Positions 28,145 through 38,128 of a stretch of 64,000 nucleotides of DNA are shown here, piece after piece; position 1 is the stretch's first letter; each line of letters begins with the position of its first letter. The notes beneath the pieces were generated by a model. It was not told the origin of the DNA, did not search any database, and saw nothing but the letters and a program-made list of their open reading frames with translations. This DNA comes from an uncultured Gammaproteobacteria bacterium. GTDB lineage: Bacteria > Patescibacteriota > Microgenomatia > UBA12405 > JAHJSD01. A program made the translations under genes and the position numbers. The stretch is from the NCBI GenBank assembly GCA_964428655.1, contig CAYRYE010000001.1:312406-376405 (forward strand). Direction: 5' to 3'.

Positions 28145-28538
28145 AGTTAAAAAATCAATTCGTTTTTTCCTGCCTTTAATTTGGATGGGATTAATTTTTT
28201 ATGGCTCCTCTTGGCAAAAACCAACTACCTCTGGAGATTATTGGCTTAGTTTTATTTTTTTCAAAAGTTTACATATTATTGAATATGGAATTCTTTTTTT
28301 GCTTTGGAGATTTGCCCTATATAGCAAATCTTATAGCATTAAGGTGGCAATAGCTATTTCGATTTTCTATGGGATTACTGATGAGTTCCACCAAACCCTT
28401 GTTCCAACCAGAGAGGGGAAAATAAGAGATATTTTAATTGATGCCTTAGGAGTGGTAATTTTCTGGCGATTTGCTCTTAATAAAGCAGAGAGTTTTGTTG
28501 CCAAGAATAAGTTTTTAAAGAGGATATTTTTGTTTTGA
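28134..28538 (+). CDS. VanZ-family membrane protein
   Basis: KSLHIIEYGIL, YGITDEFHQTLVPTREG..D...D. Confidence 0.88.
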   Translation: MENKVKKSIRFFLPLIWMGLIFYGSSWQKPTTSGDYWLSFIFFKSLHIIEYGILFLLWRFALYSKSYSIKVAIAISIFYGITDEFHQTLVPTREGKIRDILIDALGVVIFWRFALNKAESFVAKNKFLKRIFLF

Positions 28539-28659
28539 CCTATTTTGTTATATTTTTGACCATTGACAAAAGTTTTTTATTTGTTTCATAATGAAGTAAC
28601 TTGCTCGTTGACGATAAAGATTAAAAATTAATTTTACAAAAAGAAAGGAGGTGAAAAGA

Positions 28660-29268
28660 ATGAAAAACATTTTAAAAAGTCTTTTTATAATTTCGGTGGC
28701 ATTGACAGTTATGAGTGTTTCCACTTATGCTGCTTGGACCGCAAGCGCTACTGTTCAGAACAACACTTTTAGTACCGGGAATGCAGCCTTGAGGCTTTAT
28801 GGTAATTTAGGAGGTGTTCCGGGAACTAATGCGGCCTTGACTCAAACTTTAGCCGGAAGCTCGTTTTCTAATCTTTACCCGAATTGGCAGCAAGATTATT
28901 TGGCAAAACTTTATAATAATGGCACAGTCAATTTGCAAGCGAGCGTAACAGGTGTTTATGTTTCAGAAGATGCAGATTTAAGAAATCGTATTTCTGTTGA
29001 AGTTTGGCAGTGGAATGATGAAGGTGATGGCACTACCGGTCCTGGAGACACTTATTCTTTATTGTCTGCAGCTCAGACTTTGCAGAGCTGGAGAACAAAT
29101 CCAGTTTCTTTAGGTCAGCTAGATGTTGGCAACACGGTTGGAGTTTTATTGAGATTTACGACAGGCGATCTGTCCAACGCATATCAAGGAAAAACAACAG
29201 TATTTGATTTTCTGCTTGATGGCACGACTACGGGAGCAACTCAAAGTACTCCGCCAACATTGCCATAA
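28660..29268 (+). CDS. TasA/CalY (camelysin)-like SipW-processed secreted protein
   Basis: STYAAWTASATVQNNTFSTG SipW-type cleavage region, NLYP, NNGTV, NAYQGKT; strong SD aaaggaggtg. Confidence 0.75.
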   Translation: MKNILKSLFIISVALTVMSVSTYAAWTASATVQNNTFSTGNAALRLYGNLGGVPGTNAALTQTLAGSSFSNLYPNWQQDYLAKLYNNGTVNLQASVTGVYVSEDADLRNRISVEVWQWNDEGDGTTGPGDTYSLLSAAQTLQSWRTNPVSLGQLDVGNTVGVLLRFTTGDLSNAYQGKTTVFDFLLDGTTTGATQSTPPTLP

Positions 29269-29272
29269 TTCG

Positions 29273-29334
29273 AGGTTGGTGTTTTTTAGATTGCAAAAGC
29301 CTTGTGTTTTTGCAATCGCTGGAGACGCCAACTT
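29273..29334 (+). promoter_or_regulatory. Long intercistronic stem-loop between the tasA-like gene and sipW
   Basis: aggttggtgttttttag-attgcaaaagc / gtttttgcaat-cg-ctggagacgccaactt pairs using several G-U. Confidence 0.55.
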
Positions 29335-29883
29335 ATGAAAAAATTAAAATTAGCAAAGACAGTAATTGGTACGGTTTTCTTTTTGTTTGTTTTGATCGTT
29401 GGGTCATTTGTTTTTCTTTCCGGTAAAAAAGATATTAATGGCTGGAGGTTTTTGGTGGTTAAGTCAGGCTCGATGGAACCAACAATAAAAACTGGCAGCC
29501 TCATCTTTATTAAACAAAAAGAAGAATATCAAGAAAGCGATATCGTAACCTATGGTCCAGTTACTCGGCCTGATTTTTTAGTTACCCACAGAATTGTTGA
29601 TGAAATTAGTGAGGGTGAAGAGAAATATTTTGTGACCAAAGGGGATTTCAATGAGAAGGAAGATGTGGAGAAGGTTTATTCTCAAGAAGTAATTGGAAAA
29701 TATCAGTTTGGAATTCCCTATTTTGGATATGTAATCAATTTTGCCAAAACTCGAGCTGGCGTTATTTTGTTAGTGGTCATTCCTGGCACTCTAATTGTTT
29801 ACGAAGAATTTAAAAACATTAAAAATTACATTTCTGGCCTTTTTTCGAAAATAAAAGAGAAAAAAGCAAAACAGGATCAATAA
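29335..29883 (+). CDS. sipW: Signal peptidase I, SipW/ER type
   Basis: VKSGSMEP, VTHRIV, TKGDFN (Ser-His type), GIPYFG. Confidence 0.88.
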   Translation: MKKLKLAKTVIGTVFFLFVLIVGSFVFLSGKKDINGWRFLVVKSGSMEPTIKTGSLIFIKQKEEYQESDIVTYGPVTRPDFLVTHRIVDEISEGEEKYFVTKGDFNEKEDVEKVYSQEVIGKYQFGIPYFGYVINFAKTRAGVILLVVIPGTLIVYEEFKNIKNYISGLFSKIKEKKAKQDQ

Positions 29884-31847
29884 TGAGGCGCTATTTGTAC
29901 CTTTTGTTGTGTTTGGTGTTAGTTAATTTTTTGGTTTTAGAAACTAATGCGGTGTTTACGGCGTCTACAGCGGTAGGAAGCAGTTCTTGGACTACCGGTG
30001 ATTGGACTCCGCCGAGTTCGGAGATAACTGATATTACCGGCAGTGGCAGTCTCGATCCAATTACTAATCTCAGCAGTTTTACTATTCATTACGAAGCAGC
30101 TGATTCTGGACTTGGCGTTCATTATGTTGAATTATGGTACTCCTATAATTATGGTGAGTGGCAGTATTTTGATAATGATTATCCTAGTTCAGCAGGAAGT
30201 TTTGAGTTTGATATGCCGGAAGGAGATGGCTTTTATGAATTTATTACTGTAGCAATTGATGAGTCTGGCAATGTGGAGGATCGAGATGGTGATGGGGAAA
30301 ATGACAATGCAAATCAGGAAGCCTTAAATAATGCAGCGTTTAGTTTGGAAGAAGACTTATGGATGATAGAAGTTGACACTCAAGCGCCAACAATGAATTT
30401 ATCTCTTGATGAATTTGGCAGTGATCGTTGGGCAGGTCAGGATTTATTAATTAATGGAAGCTTTGAAGAGGGTTCAAATGCTTGGTTAACCGGAAGTTTA
30501 GGCGATCATCATCTAGTTAGCGAAGGAGAAGATGATTTGGGAGATCCAATTTTGCCGGCAGAAGGTGAAAACATGTTTATTTTAGGCTTCAAAGATGCTT
30601 CGCCTTCAGACGAGGCAATTGATTGGTTATATCAAGATGTAGTTTTGCCGGTTAACATTTCCAGCAGCTTGAGTTTTTGGTGGCGGATGGTTAGTGAAGA
30701 TACGGTAGATTATGATCAGTTCTCAGTTTGGGTTAAAGATGATAATAATCATCCATTAGAGAGAATTTTAACTACTGGCTCAGGGGAAATTTGGGACATT
30801 TCTGCTTGGGACGGCGATTCTGGTTGGCAAGAAATTACCCATCCCTTGGTCAATTTTGCTGGCAGACCAATCCGAATTTGGTTTGAGTTAGTGGACAAGG
30901 GCGCTGATGATAAAAGTTGGGTTTACATTGATGGTGTTCGAGCAACTACAACCGATAACAGAATAACTGAAGAGAAAGAGATTGATTTTGAAGTTCACGA
31001 TGGTTCAGGATCGGGAACATTCGAAGCTAATTATGAGGTTGATGGAGTGCCATTCGGCGATTATTCAGGAGTTCCGTTTACTTTGGCTTCAGGTGATTAT
31101 GACATTGCCAATAGCGGAGAAGATGTGGCCGGCAACATTGAATCTCCAGAAACGGATGAACTGGTAGTTTTACCACCAATGGTCATTAACGCTTTTTCGG
31201 CCGCACCATCAATTGGTGATGAGTGGGTTGATTTGTACAACAATTCCAGTTCTCCGATAAACGTTGATGGTTGGCAAATTTGTGATTCTCTAAACCAGTG
31301 CCAAGGTTTGAGTTTAGGAAACTCGGAGAGCGGTGATACTTGGATTGGTTCCCACGATAGTTTGAGATTTTTGGATAATTTTCTTCTCAATAATCTTGGT
31401 GATACGGTAATTTTGAAAAATGACATGGCTGAGGAGCAGGATAGGTTTCTTTATCCTTCATTTGCTGGTGATTATAATTGGATCTGGCAGCGGAATCCTG
31501 ATGGCATTGGCAGTTGGGAATTAAACAAGCCAGAAATCGATGCTCATATTACCAGTCGCTACGATGAAGCGAATAAGATTTTGCTAACGATATTTAATAT
31601 TCCTGAAAATTATGGAGACGGTGATCTGATTGAATATGAAATTGTTTATAACAACGGAGATAGGGGAATTGCCGGAACTATTTTAGCGGAGACAGTTGAG
31701 AATGGTAAGGCGGATCGGGAGTTTTATCTGGGAACCTGCTCGGCTATGGGAGTTTGTACGCCGGATGAGGTTCCAACTAGAGAAGTTGAACTAACCTTGA
31801 CTCAAGGAATAACGGTAATTATTAATCAAAGAGAATTTGGTATTTAA
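29883..31847 (+). CDS. SipW-class secreted acidic protein with Ig-like, CBM-like and lamin-tail domains
   Basis: TNAVFT..SSWTTGDW SipW-type N-terminus; LINGSFE; VIN...DEWVDLYN..NVDGW..LNNLGDTV.L. Confidence 0.65.
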   Translation: MRRYLYLLLCLVLVNFLVLETNAVFTASTAVGSSSWTTGDWTPPSSEITDITGSGSLDPITNLSSFTIHYEAADSGLGVHYVELWYSYNYGEWQYFDNDYPSSAGSFEFDMPEGDGFYEFITVAIDESGNVEDRDGDGENDNANQEALNNAAFSLEEDLWMIEVDTQAPTMNLSLDEFGSDRWAGQDLLINGSFEEGSNAWLTGSLGDHHLVSEGEDDLGDPILPAEGENMFILGFKDASPSDEAIDWLYQDVVLPVNISSSLSFWWRMVSEDTVDYDQFSVWVKDDNNHPLERILTTGSGEIWDISAWDGDSGWQEITHPLVNFAGRPIRIWFELVDKGADDKSWVYIDGVRATTTDNRITEEKEIDFEVHDGSGSGTFEANYEVDGVPFGDYSGVPFTLASGDYDIANSGEDVAGNIESPETDELVVLPPMVINAFSAAPSIGDEWVDLYNNSSSPINVDGWQICDSLNQCQGLSLGNSESGDTWIGSHDSLRFLDNFLLNNLGDTVILKNDMAEEQDRFLYPSFAGDYNWIWQRNPDGIGSWELNKPEIDAHITSRYDEANKILLTIFNIPENYGDGDLIEYEIVYNNGDRGIAGTILAETVENGKADREFYLGTCSAMGVCTPDEVPTREVELTLTQGITVIINQREFGI

Positions 31848-33103
31848 TGAGAAAAACTAGACTGTTCATATTATTTCTTTTGTCTTTAGTCTTGCCATTT
31901 TTGACTGCGCGTATTGTTTTGGCTCAAGGAATTACGGTTGATCCGACAGGCCCCATTTTTCTGCCTAGTGAGATTTGGTATCCGGGAAAAAATCTTACTC
32001 GGGAAATTACGGTAACTAATAATGCGGACGTCATTCATTTAATTGGAATTAATTCGGTCAACGAGAGTGAGAGCAAAAGCTTGAGCCAGGTGATTTATCT
32101 TACTATTAGCGATGAAAGTTTTACTTGTAGATATGGCTGTGGATTAGATATTAAAAATTTGGCTCAGTTTTGGCAGGAAAGCAATTTGGACGGGATTTAT
32201 CTTGGCGATTTAAACGCTGGTTCTTCTGTTGACTATTATTTTTCCGCCACAATGGATCCTTTGGCTGGTAATCAATATCAAGAGGCGGTGGCAACTTTTG
32301 ATTTAGTGTTTGGTTTGGCACCGACATTGCCAACCCCCACACCAACGCCGGTTGTTGATGGGACAGTGGCTGGTGCGTCTACAAATGGAGATGATGGAGT
32401 TGGAGGGGAAGCGCCTTGTTCAGCCCCTGAGCCAGGGGCGCCGTTTAGTTTAACTGCCGCTCCTGCTGGAGTGGGCCAGATATTGCTTAGCTGGCTGCCA
32501 CCAACTACGGGAACAGTAACTCATTACGCTATTGTTTATGGCACTAGTAGTGGCAATTACCTTTATGGAAATACAAATGTGGGATCAGGAACAACTTATG
32601 TTGTTTCTGGCTTATCAAGCGGAGTTCGTTACTATTTTGTTGTTGTTGCCGTTAATGATTGTGCTGCTGGGCTTTATTCAAATGAAGCGAGTGCTGTTGC
32701 TGGGGGAGTTTTGGGAGTGTTTACTCCTGAGGAGCCGGCCGAAGAGTTTGAAGTTTTGGGTGAAGAGACTGAGCCGGGGCAAATTGCTGGTGGGGAATCT
32801 ATAGAGGTGGGCGGGGTGGAAGGAGCGGTAGCGGAGAAAGTGTGTTTTTGGTGGTTGGTTTTCAGCTTAATTGTTTTGGTTTTTAATACTTGGTATTTGT
32901 ATGAATATCGGGAGAGAATGAAAAGTGAGAAATGGCGCTGGTTTGTTTTGGCAATAACAGGAGTTTTGGCTTTTTTTGCTGATAGATTTATGCACCAATG
33001 GTGGATGCCGTCAAGATTTTGTCACTATATGTGGTTGTTAGCTTCGTTAGCCTTCGCAGTTCCGGGGGGAATTTGGCTATTTTATTGGCGAAAGGAAGAA
33101 TAA
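31847..33103 (+). CDS. TasA-like + fibronectin type III surface protein with a C-terminal multi-TM anchor
   Basis: WYPG..VTN, AGNQYQ, PT linker, FN3 (LSW.PP...VSGLSSG.RYYF.V.AVN), 3 TM. Confidence 0.7.
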   Translation: MRKTRLFILFLLSLVLPFLTARIVLAQGITVDPTGPIFLPSEIWYPGKNLTREITVTNNADVIHLIGINSVNESESKSLSQVIYLTISDESFTCRYGCGLDIKNLAQFWQESNLDGIYLGDLNAGSSVDYYFSATMDPLAGNQYQEAVATFDLVFGLAPTLPTPTPTPVVDGTVAGASTNGDDGVGGEAPCSAPEPGAPFSLTAAPAGVGQILLSWLPPTTGTVTHYAIVYGTSSGNYLYGNTNVGSGTTYVVSGLSSGVRYYFVVVAVNDCAAGLYSNEASAVAGGVLGVFTPEEPAEEFEVLGEETEPGQIAGGESIEVGGVEGAVAEKVCFWWLVFSLIVLVFNTWYLYEYRERMKSEKWRWFVLAITGVLAFFADRFMHQWWMPSRFCHYMWLLASLAFAVPGGIWLFYWRKEE

Positions 33104-33133
33104 GCTTGCCATTTCTTTCAAGGAAAGTGTAAT

Positions 33134-34009
33134 ATGTTGGTAGAAATGAAAAAGTGGATTAAGTCTTTGTTTATCCCCCAAGAGGAAAATAATTATCAAG
33201 CCAAGATTCTTCACCCTTCGTTCTTGGCCGCCTTTGTTTTCTTGTTTCTGCTTAACCAGACTTTAATAAACTTTGTCGCTTTACTGCGGCCTGGAATTTT
33301 AGGATACTCTTCAAATATTACTCCGGAAATGATTATTGAATTGACTAATAGTGAGAGAGTCAAACAAGGATTGTTGCCGGTTGAAGTAAATAACCTTTTA
33401 AACGAAGCGGCTCGTCGTAAAGCCGGCGATATGTTTGCTTTTGATTATTGGGCCCATAAATCGCCATCCGGAAGAAACCCTTGGTCATTTTTAAAGGAAG
33501 CTGGCTATGATTATCGGGTTGCGGGAGAAAATTTAGCCAGAGATTTTTATGATCCTGATTCAGTAGTGGGAGCTTGGATGAAATCCCCGACACATAAAGA
33601 AAACATTATTAACTCGAAGTTTAAGGAAATCGGAGTAGCGGTTGTTGATGGTACTTTGGGAGGTATTCAAACTACCTTGGTAGTTCAATTTTTTGGCACC
33701 CCAACAAATTTTGTTGCCGCTGATATTTTTAGGCAAAAGGAATTATTAGAAACTGTTCCGAGCTTTTCCAAACAAGAATCAGGAGTATTATCAGTTGAAG
33801 AGAAAACTTTGATTAGTCCGCTTAGTTTAACTAGGGGATCAAGCGCCTTTTTCTTTGGTTTGATAGTGGGTGCTTTAGCAATTGATGGCTATTTGGTTTT
33901 TAAAAAGCGGATTTACCGATCAACTGGGAGAACAACAACTCATGCTGGGTTTTTAGCTGTTATGTTTTTGCTGATTTTACTGAGCGGCAGTCCGGGACTG
34001 ATAAATTAA
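33134..34009 (+). CDS. CAP/SCP-domain membrane protein
   Basis: LTNSER, YWAH.SP, AGENLA, AWMKSPTHKENI. Confidence 0.88.
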   Translation: MLVEMKKWIKSLFIPQEENNYQAKILHPSFLAAFVFLFLLNQTLINFVALLRPGILGYSSNITPEMIIELTNSERVKQGLLPVEVNNLLNEAARRKAGDMFAFDYWAHKSPSGRNPWSFLKEAGYDYRVAGENLARDFYDPDSVVGAWMKSPTHKENIINSKFKEIGVAVVDGTLGGIQTTLVVQFFGTPTNFVAADIFRQKELLETVPSFSKQESGVLSVEEKTLISPLSLTRGSSAFFFGLIVGALAIDGYLVFKKRIYRSTGRTTTHAGFLAVMFLLILLSGSPGLIN

Positions 34010-34024
34010 CATTAATTATTAACA

Positions 34025-34315
34025 ATGATTATTGAAGAAGTAGCTGACTTTATTTCAGGCGAGCTTAAAAAACACCCTGAAGATTTTTTGATTTTAGCCA
34101 TATTTTTTATTTTGGCAATTGTTAATTTTTGGATCTTTTCTTATGATCATACTTTTCAAAAGTGGATAATATTTGCAACCGGTGCAGGTTATTTCCTTTG
34201 GGGTGTTTTTCATCATTGGCGTAAAAAAGATCTTTGTATGAAAATAGCTTTGGATTATTTCCTGGTTTCGGCCCTTGGAGTAACAGCAGCTATATTCGTT
34301 CTCCTTCGCGGCTAA
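34025..34315 (+). CDS. Small membrane protein (CPR type)
   Basis: 3 TM, YFLWGVFHH. Confidence 0.6.
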   Translation: MIIEEVADFISGELKKHPEDFLILAIFFILAIVNFWIFSYDHTFQKWIIFATGAGYFLWGVFHHWRKKDLCMKIALDYFLVSALGVTAAIFVLLRG

Positions 34316-34330
34316 TGTTATAATATACTC

Positions 34331-34822
34331 ATGACTAGTTATTTTCTAAATCCAACCAAGGGTAAATTATCTTGGAAAGATCTGGGTAAGGAGATTCAAG
34401 ATTTTATTGTCTCAGGCCCGGATGAGGATTATCAGTTGATTATTGGCTCTGATTCTCGAGGCAAGAGCTATCGAGGCAGGCCTGGTCTTGATTTGGTCAC
34501 TGCTATTGTTATTCATCGTAAAGGCAGGGGCGGCCGCTATTTCTGGTCTAAGAGAAAAGTTGCCAAAGTCTATTCTTTAAAAGAAAGGCTTTATCATGAA
34601 ACAATTGCTTCTTTAGGAATAGCCCGCAAGCTTATGGGTGTTTTAAAAGATGATTTAAACGGTCAATTTGAAGCGTTGGAGATTCATATTGATATTGGTG
34701 AAAAGGGCCCTAGCAGGGAGATGATAAAAGAGTTGGTAGGAATGGTTAATGGCAATGGATTTAGAGCCAAAACTAAACCAAAAGCTTATGCCGCTTCCAG
34801 TGTTGCTGATAAATATACTTAA
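34331..34822 (+). CDS. RNase H-like YkuK family protein
   Basis: IIGSDS, TAIVIHR.G.GG, EIHIDIG, KP.AYAASSVAD. Confidence 0.88.
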   Translation: MTSYFLNPTKGKLSWKDLGKEIQDFIVSGPDEDYQLIIGSDSRGKSYRGRPGLDLVTAIVIHRKGRGGRYFWSKRKVAKVYSLKERLYHETIASLGIARKLMGVLKDDLNGQFEALEIHIDIGEKGPSREMIKELVGMVNGNGFRAKTKPKAYAASSVADKYT

Positions 34823-34829
34823 TCTTCAC

Positions 34830-35843
34830 TTACAAAAGACTCATCAATGATCCGGAGAGAAGAGGGATTAATAAATTGTCGTCAACTTCTTTTCCTTTGA
34901 TTTTTGGTTCAGTGAATTCCAGGATTGAAGTGGATAGGGCCCCGATGATAGCTTGCTGTGGATTAACGTATTGCAGAGTCATTAGGCTGGTGGCAAAAAA
35001 GGCGGCCGCGGTTATTCCAATTTTTTTCTTTTTGTCTTTTTTCCAAAAATAGCCAATAAGGGCGTTAACTGAGTCGCCCACGGTTAGGTTTAAAATGGCA
35101 GCCAAGGCGATTGGCTTGCTGAAAAGCAGTAAGGCTAAAAATGAGCTGGTAGTGAAAAACAACGGCCCTAAACCTGGAAATCTAGGATTCTTTTTCCGTT
35201 CAAAATAGGTAATTATTTTTCTAATAATTGAGGATTGCTGGCGGCTGAGGACAAAAACAAAAATTGCTATAATTGCGCAGATAAGACCCAAAAGGGGAGT
35301 GTTTAAGATGTTAAGGCTTAATAAGCCTACTAGAGCGAAGCCGTAAAACAGATGAATTAATTTTCTTCTTAGGTTTGGGTTGTAGTCTTTTCTCAAAGCT
35401 TTTTTACCGCAGATGAGTAAAAAGAAAAACCAATAGATGGCTGTAGCGAGTAGAAAACCGGCAGTTATGTCTCGACCGTAGTGAACTCCAAGATAAACTC
35501 TTGAGGCTGAAATTATCAGCATGATAGCAAAGCCAATCCAGGATAAAGATGGTGCGATAGTGGCCAAAACCCAGGCAAAAAGGGTAGCAATGATGGTGTG
35601 ACCTGATGGAAAGGAATAATCAGAGGGTATGTTAACGCTTATGCCTAATACCTGCGGCTGTTGGATAAATGGTCTGGGAATGGCGGTTAGTCTTTTTATA
35701 ATTGCGTGGAGGGAGATCGTGGTGACATAAGTTGGAATAAATAAACGAAATAATAACTTTCTTTTCTTTTTTGCCGCTAATATTAAAGGAATAGCTGTTA
35801 GACAGCCAAGAACAAGTTTGGAATTTAATAAATCATTTATCAT
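34830..35843 (-). CDS. PAP2 phosphatase fused to a dolichol/phytol-kinase-like (CTP_transf) domain
   Basis: K..RP, SFPSGH, SRVYLGVHY; then RRKLIH, VGDSVNALIG, DDNLLIP. Confidence 0.75.
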   Translation of the reverse strand: MINDLLNSKLVLGCLTAIPLILAAKKKRKLLFRLFIPTYVTTISLHAIIKRLTAIPRPFIQQPQVLGISVNIPSDYSFPSGHTIIATLFAWVLATIAPSLSWIGFAIMLIISASRVYLGVHYGRDITAGFLLATAIYWFFFLLICGKKALRKDYNPNLRRKLIHLFYGFALVGLLSLNILNTPLLGLICAIIAIFVFVLSRQQSSIIRKIITYFERKKNPRFPGLGPLFFTTSSFLALLLFSKPIALAAILNLTVGDSVNALIGYFWKKDKKKKIGITAAAFFATSLMTLQYVNPQQAIIGALSTSILEFTEPKIKGKEVDDNLLIPLLSGSLMSLL

Positions 35844-35865
35844 TTTATGTACGCAACCCCGGAAA

Positions 35866-36546
35866 CTAGGTTTTTTTCTTGATTTTTTTTGCTCGCCATT
35901 CAGTAATTTTTTTATGGTCTCCGGAAAGCAAGACTTTAGGGACTTTCCAGCCTTTAAAAACAGCAGGACGAGTGTAGTGGGGAAATTCCAATAGCGTTTG
36001 ATGATTTTGAGATTTTTGCAAGAGTTTTTTTAAGCCTGGGGAAAATGATTCTATTTCCGAAGCGCCTTCTTTTTTCAAAACTCCGGGGAGTAATCGAGAG
36101 ACAGTATCGACAACAACCATGGCTGGAATTTCACCACCAGAGAGGATGTAGTTGCCAATGGAAATTTCTTCATCAATCATGTGTTTTCTGACTCTTTCGT
36201 CTATGCCTTCGTAATGGCCGCAAATTAGAATTGTATGACTCGATTGAAATAATTTCTGCGCCATTTTCTGATTGAAAGTTTTTCCTTTGGGTGATAGTAG
36301 TATTATTTTTGATTTTTTTTCCCTTAGATTTTTTAAAGCATTAAAAATCGGTTCTGGCCGCAATATCATTCCTGGACTGCCGCCATAAGGGCGGTCATCA
36401 ACCGTACCCCTTTTATCAATCGCCCATTTTCTTAAATTATGAATCTTTATTTCAACAGCCTCAACCGACTGTGCCTTCTTTATCATGCTCCATTCTAAAA
36501 AAGGCGTGAATAATTCTGGAAAAAGAGTGATAATATCAATTTTCAT
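35866..36546 (-). CDS. trmD: tRNA (guanine37-N1)-methyltransferase
   Basis: VDDRPYGG, CGHYEGIDER, SIGNYILSGGE, HYTRP. Confidence 0.97.
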   Translation of the reverse strand: MKIDIITLFPELFTPFLEWSMIKKAQSVEAVEIKIHNLRKWAIDKRGTVDDRPYGGSPGMILRPEPIFNALKNLREKKSKIILLSPKGKTFNQKMAQKLFQSSHTILICGHYEGIDERVRKHMIDEEISIGNYILSGGEIPAMVVVDTVSRLLPGVLKKEGASEIESFSPGLKKLLQKSQNHQTLLEFPHYTRPAVFKGWKVPKVLLSGDHKKITEWRAKKIKKKT

Positions 36547-36585
36547 ATTTCGATTTTAACATGCGAATGATATAATTTGTTGGAA

Positions 36586-36834
36586 ATGGCAGGGGAAGTT
36601 ATTATTGATCATATCGTTGTCGTCGAGAAGCCCGTGCCTAGACGGGACGTTCTTCCTTATCGGCTTTTACCAGGGGTATTAAGAAATAGGGTTAGAGGAA
36701 CAGTCTATCGGGAGGAGTCAAGATCACCCATATTGACGGCTCGTGGTGGGGAAATTGCTGCTAGTGTGGAAAGACATGTTTCTAGGAACTCCAGAAAAAG
36801 GGTTAAGGTAATTCCAGTACCAAGAAGGCGTTAA
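36586..36834 (+). CDS. Small hypothetical protein
   Basis: TATAAT shortly before the ATG; basic protein. Confidence 0.35.
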   Translation: MAGEVIIDHIVVVEKPVPRRDVLPYRLLPGVLRNRVRGTVYREESRSPILTARGGEIAASVERHVSRNSRKRVKVIPVPRRR

Positions 36835-36878
36835 TTTTCATTAGTTAATCCAAAGGGTTTTTGATTCTTTTAATGCTT

Positions 36879-37154
36879 ATGGACCTGAAAAAGCTAAAAA
36901 TCATCAAATCTGACAAAAGAGGCGTTGTTTATGAGTGTGGCGAGGGCATGTATGTTTCGAGAAAAAAAGGAACAGTCACGGCAGATCATATCCATGATGA
37001 TTTTGGCGAAACGCTCTACTTAGTTAAGGGAGTAATTGAACTTACAGTTGGCAAAGAGGTCAAAAAGGTAGCGGCTCCGACAAAAATTGCGATTCCCAAG
37101 AAAATTTATCACAAAATTTTAGCTCTTTCAGATATAGAATTTTTGAAAATGTAA
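36879..37154 (+). CDS. Cupin-domain protein (possibly a cassette gene)
   Basis: H.H...E.LY..KG...IP...YH motifs; directly upstream of attC1. Confidence 0.7.
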   Translation: MDLKKLKIIKSDKRGVVYECGEGMYVSRKKGTVTADHIHDDFGETLYLVKGVIELTVGKEVKKVAAPTKIAIPKKIYHKILALSDIEFLKM

Positions 37155-37225
37155 GCGGTTGAGTAAAAAACTCAAGGGGACGCTGCGCTCTCACTCAAAT
37201 TTTAAACCATTTTTCGTTCGCCCTC

Positions 37226-37354
37226 GGATAACACAGTATATGCAGTTCACTTCATTGCATTCGTTCACCCAAATTATTTACTCCCTTTATGGTTAAGTGA
37301 TAAAATATATCATAAAGCTCGTTTAATAACTTTGCATATACTGAAACGTTAGAT
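37226..37354 (+). mobile_element. attC-like site 1
   Basis: GGATAAC-acagtatatgca ... tgcatatactg-aaac-GTTAGAT. Confidence 0.75.
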
Positions 37355-37384
37355 GAAACAAATTTCATCACTAAGTATAAATTC

Positions 37385-38047
37385 ATGAAAAAATTAGTTT
37401 TACATAGCGATCAAATTAGCGGAAAAACTCAAGTGGATGAGGCCTCCTTAAAATTGTTCGCTTCTAATAAGCCAAAAATTGCATACATCCCATCGCAATC
37501 TGATCTTGAAAGAAAATATTTCAATGAAAGGGTTGAATGGTATAAGCAATTTGGTGTAACTGGTTTGTTCTATTTTGATGTAGACAAGGAGTACGATGAG
37601 GGAAAAATTGATGAATTATTAGCCTGCGATGCAATTTTTCTATCTGGAGGCAATACATACTTTTTCCTTAATTCGCTGAAAAAACGTAATTTTTTGCCAG
37701 TGTTGAGGAAATATGTTGAAAAAGACGGGGTTTTAATTGGTGTTAGTGCTGGAAGCATGATAATGTCTAAAACTATAGCCGTAACTACTATTGACGAGGA
37801 TATTGGCGGTGATCAAAACACGATTGGACTTAAAGATTTTTCAGCTTTAGGATTAAATGATTTTGAATTTTTCCCTCATTTTGATAAAAACGAAGAAATA
37901 TCCAAAAGATTGAAAGAATATTCCAGGAAAAGCAAATCAGTTATTTACGCATGCAAAGATGGCGATGGGATTATCGTCAATGATGACGATATGAAATTTT
38001 TTGGCGAAGTGCTGAAAATAGAGAATGGTGAAATTAAAAGGGCATAG
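37385..38047 (+). CDS. Peptidase S51 (dipeptidase E-like), cassette gene
   Basis: IFLSGGNT, GVSAGS, FFPHF. Confidence 0.85.
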   Translation: MKKLVLHSDQISGKTQVDEASLKLFASNKPKIAYIPSQSDLERKYFNERVEWYKQFGVTGLFYFDVDKEYDEGKIDELLACDAIFLSGGNTYFFLNSLKKRNFLPVLRKYVEKDGVLIGVSAGSMIMSKTIAVTTIDEDIGGDQNTIGLKDFSALGLNDFEFFPHFDKNEEISKRLKEYSRKSKSVIYACKDGDGIIVNDDDMKFFGEVLKIENGEIKRA

Positions 38048-38128
38048 TGAAGATTACAGGAGTAATAAATTGTCAAAGTAAGAACCAGTTATTTATAATT
38101 GATTTTTGGCAATTTAGTCTTTGCTGTT

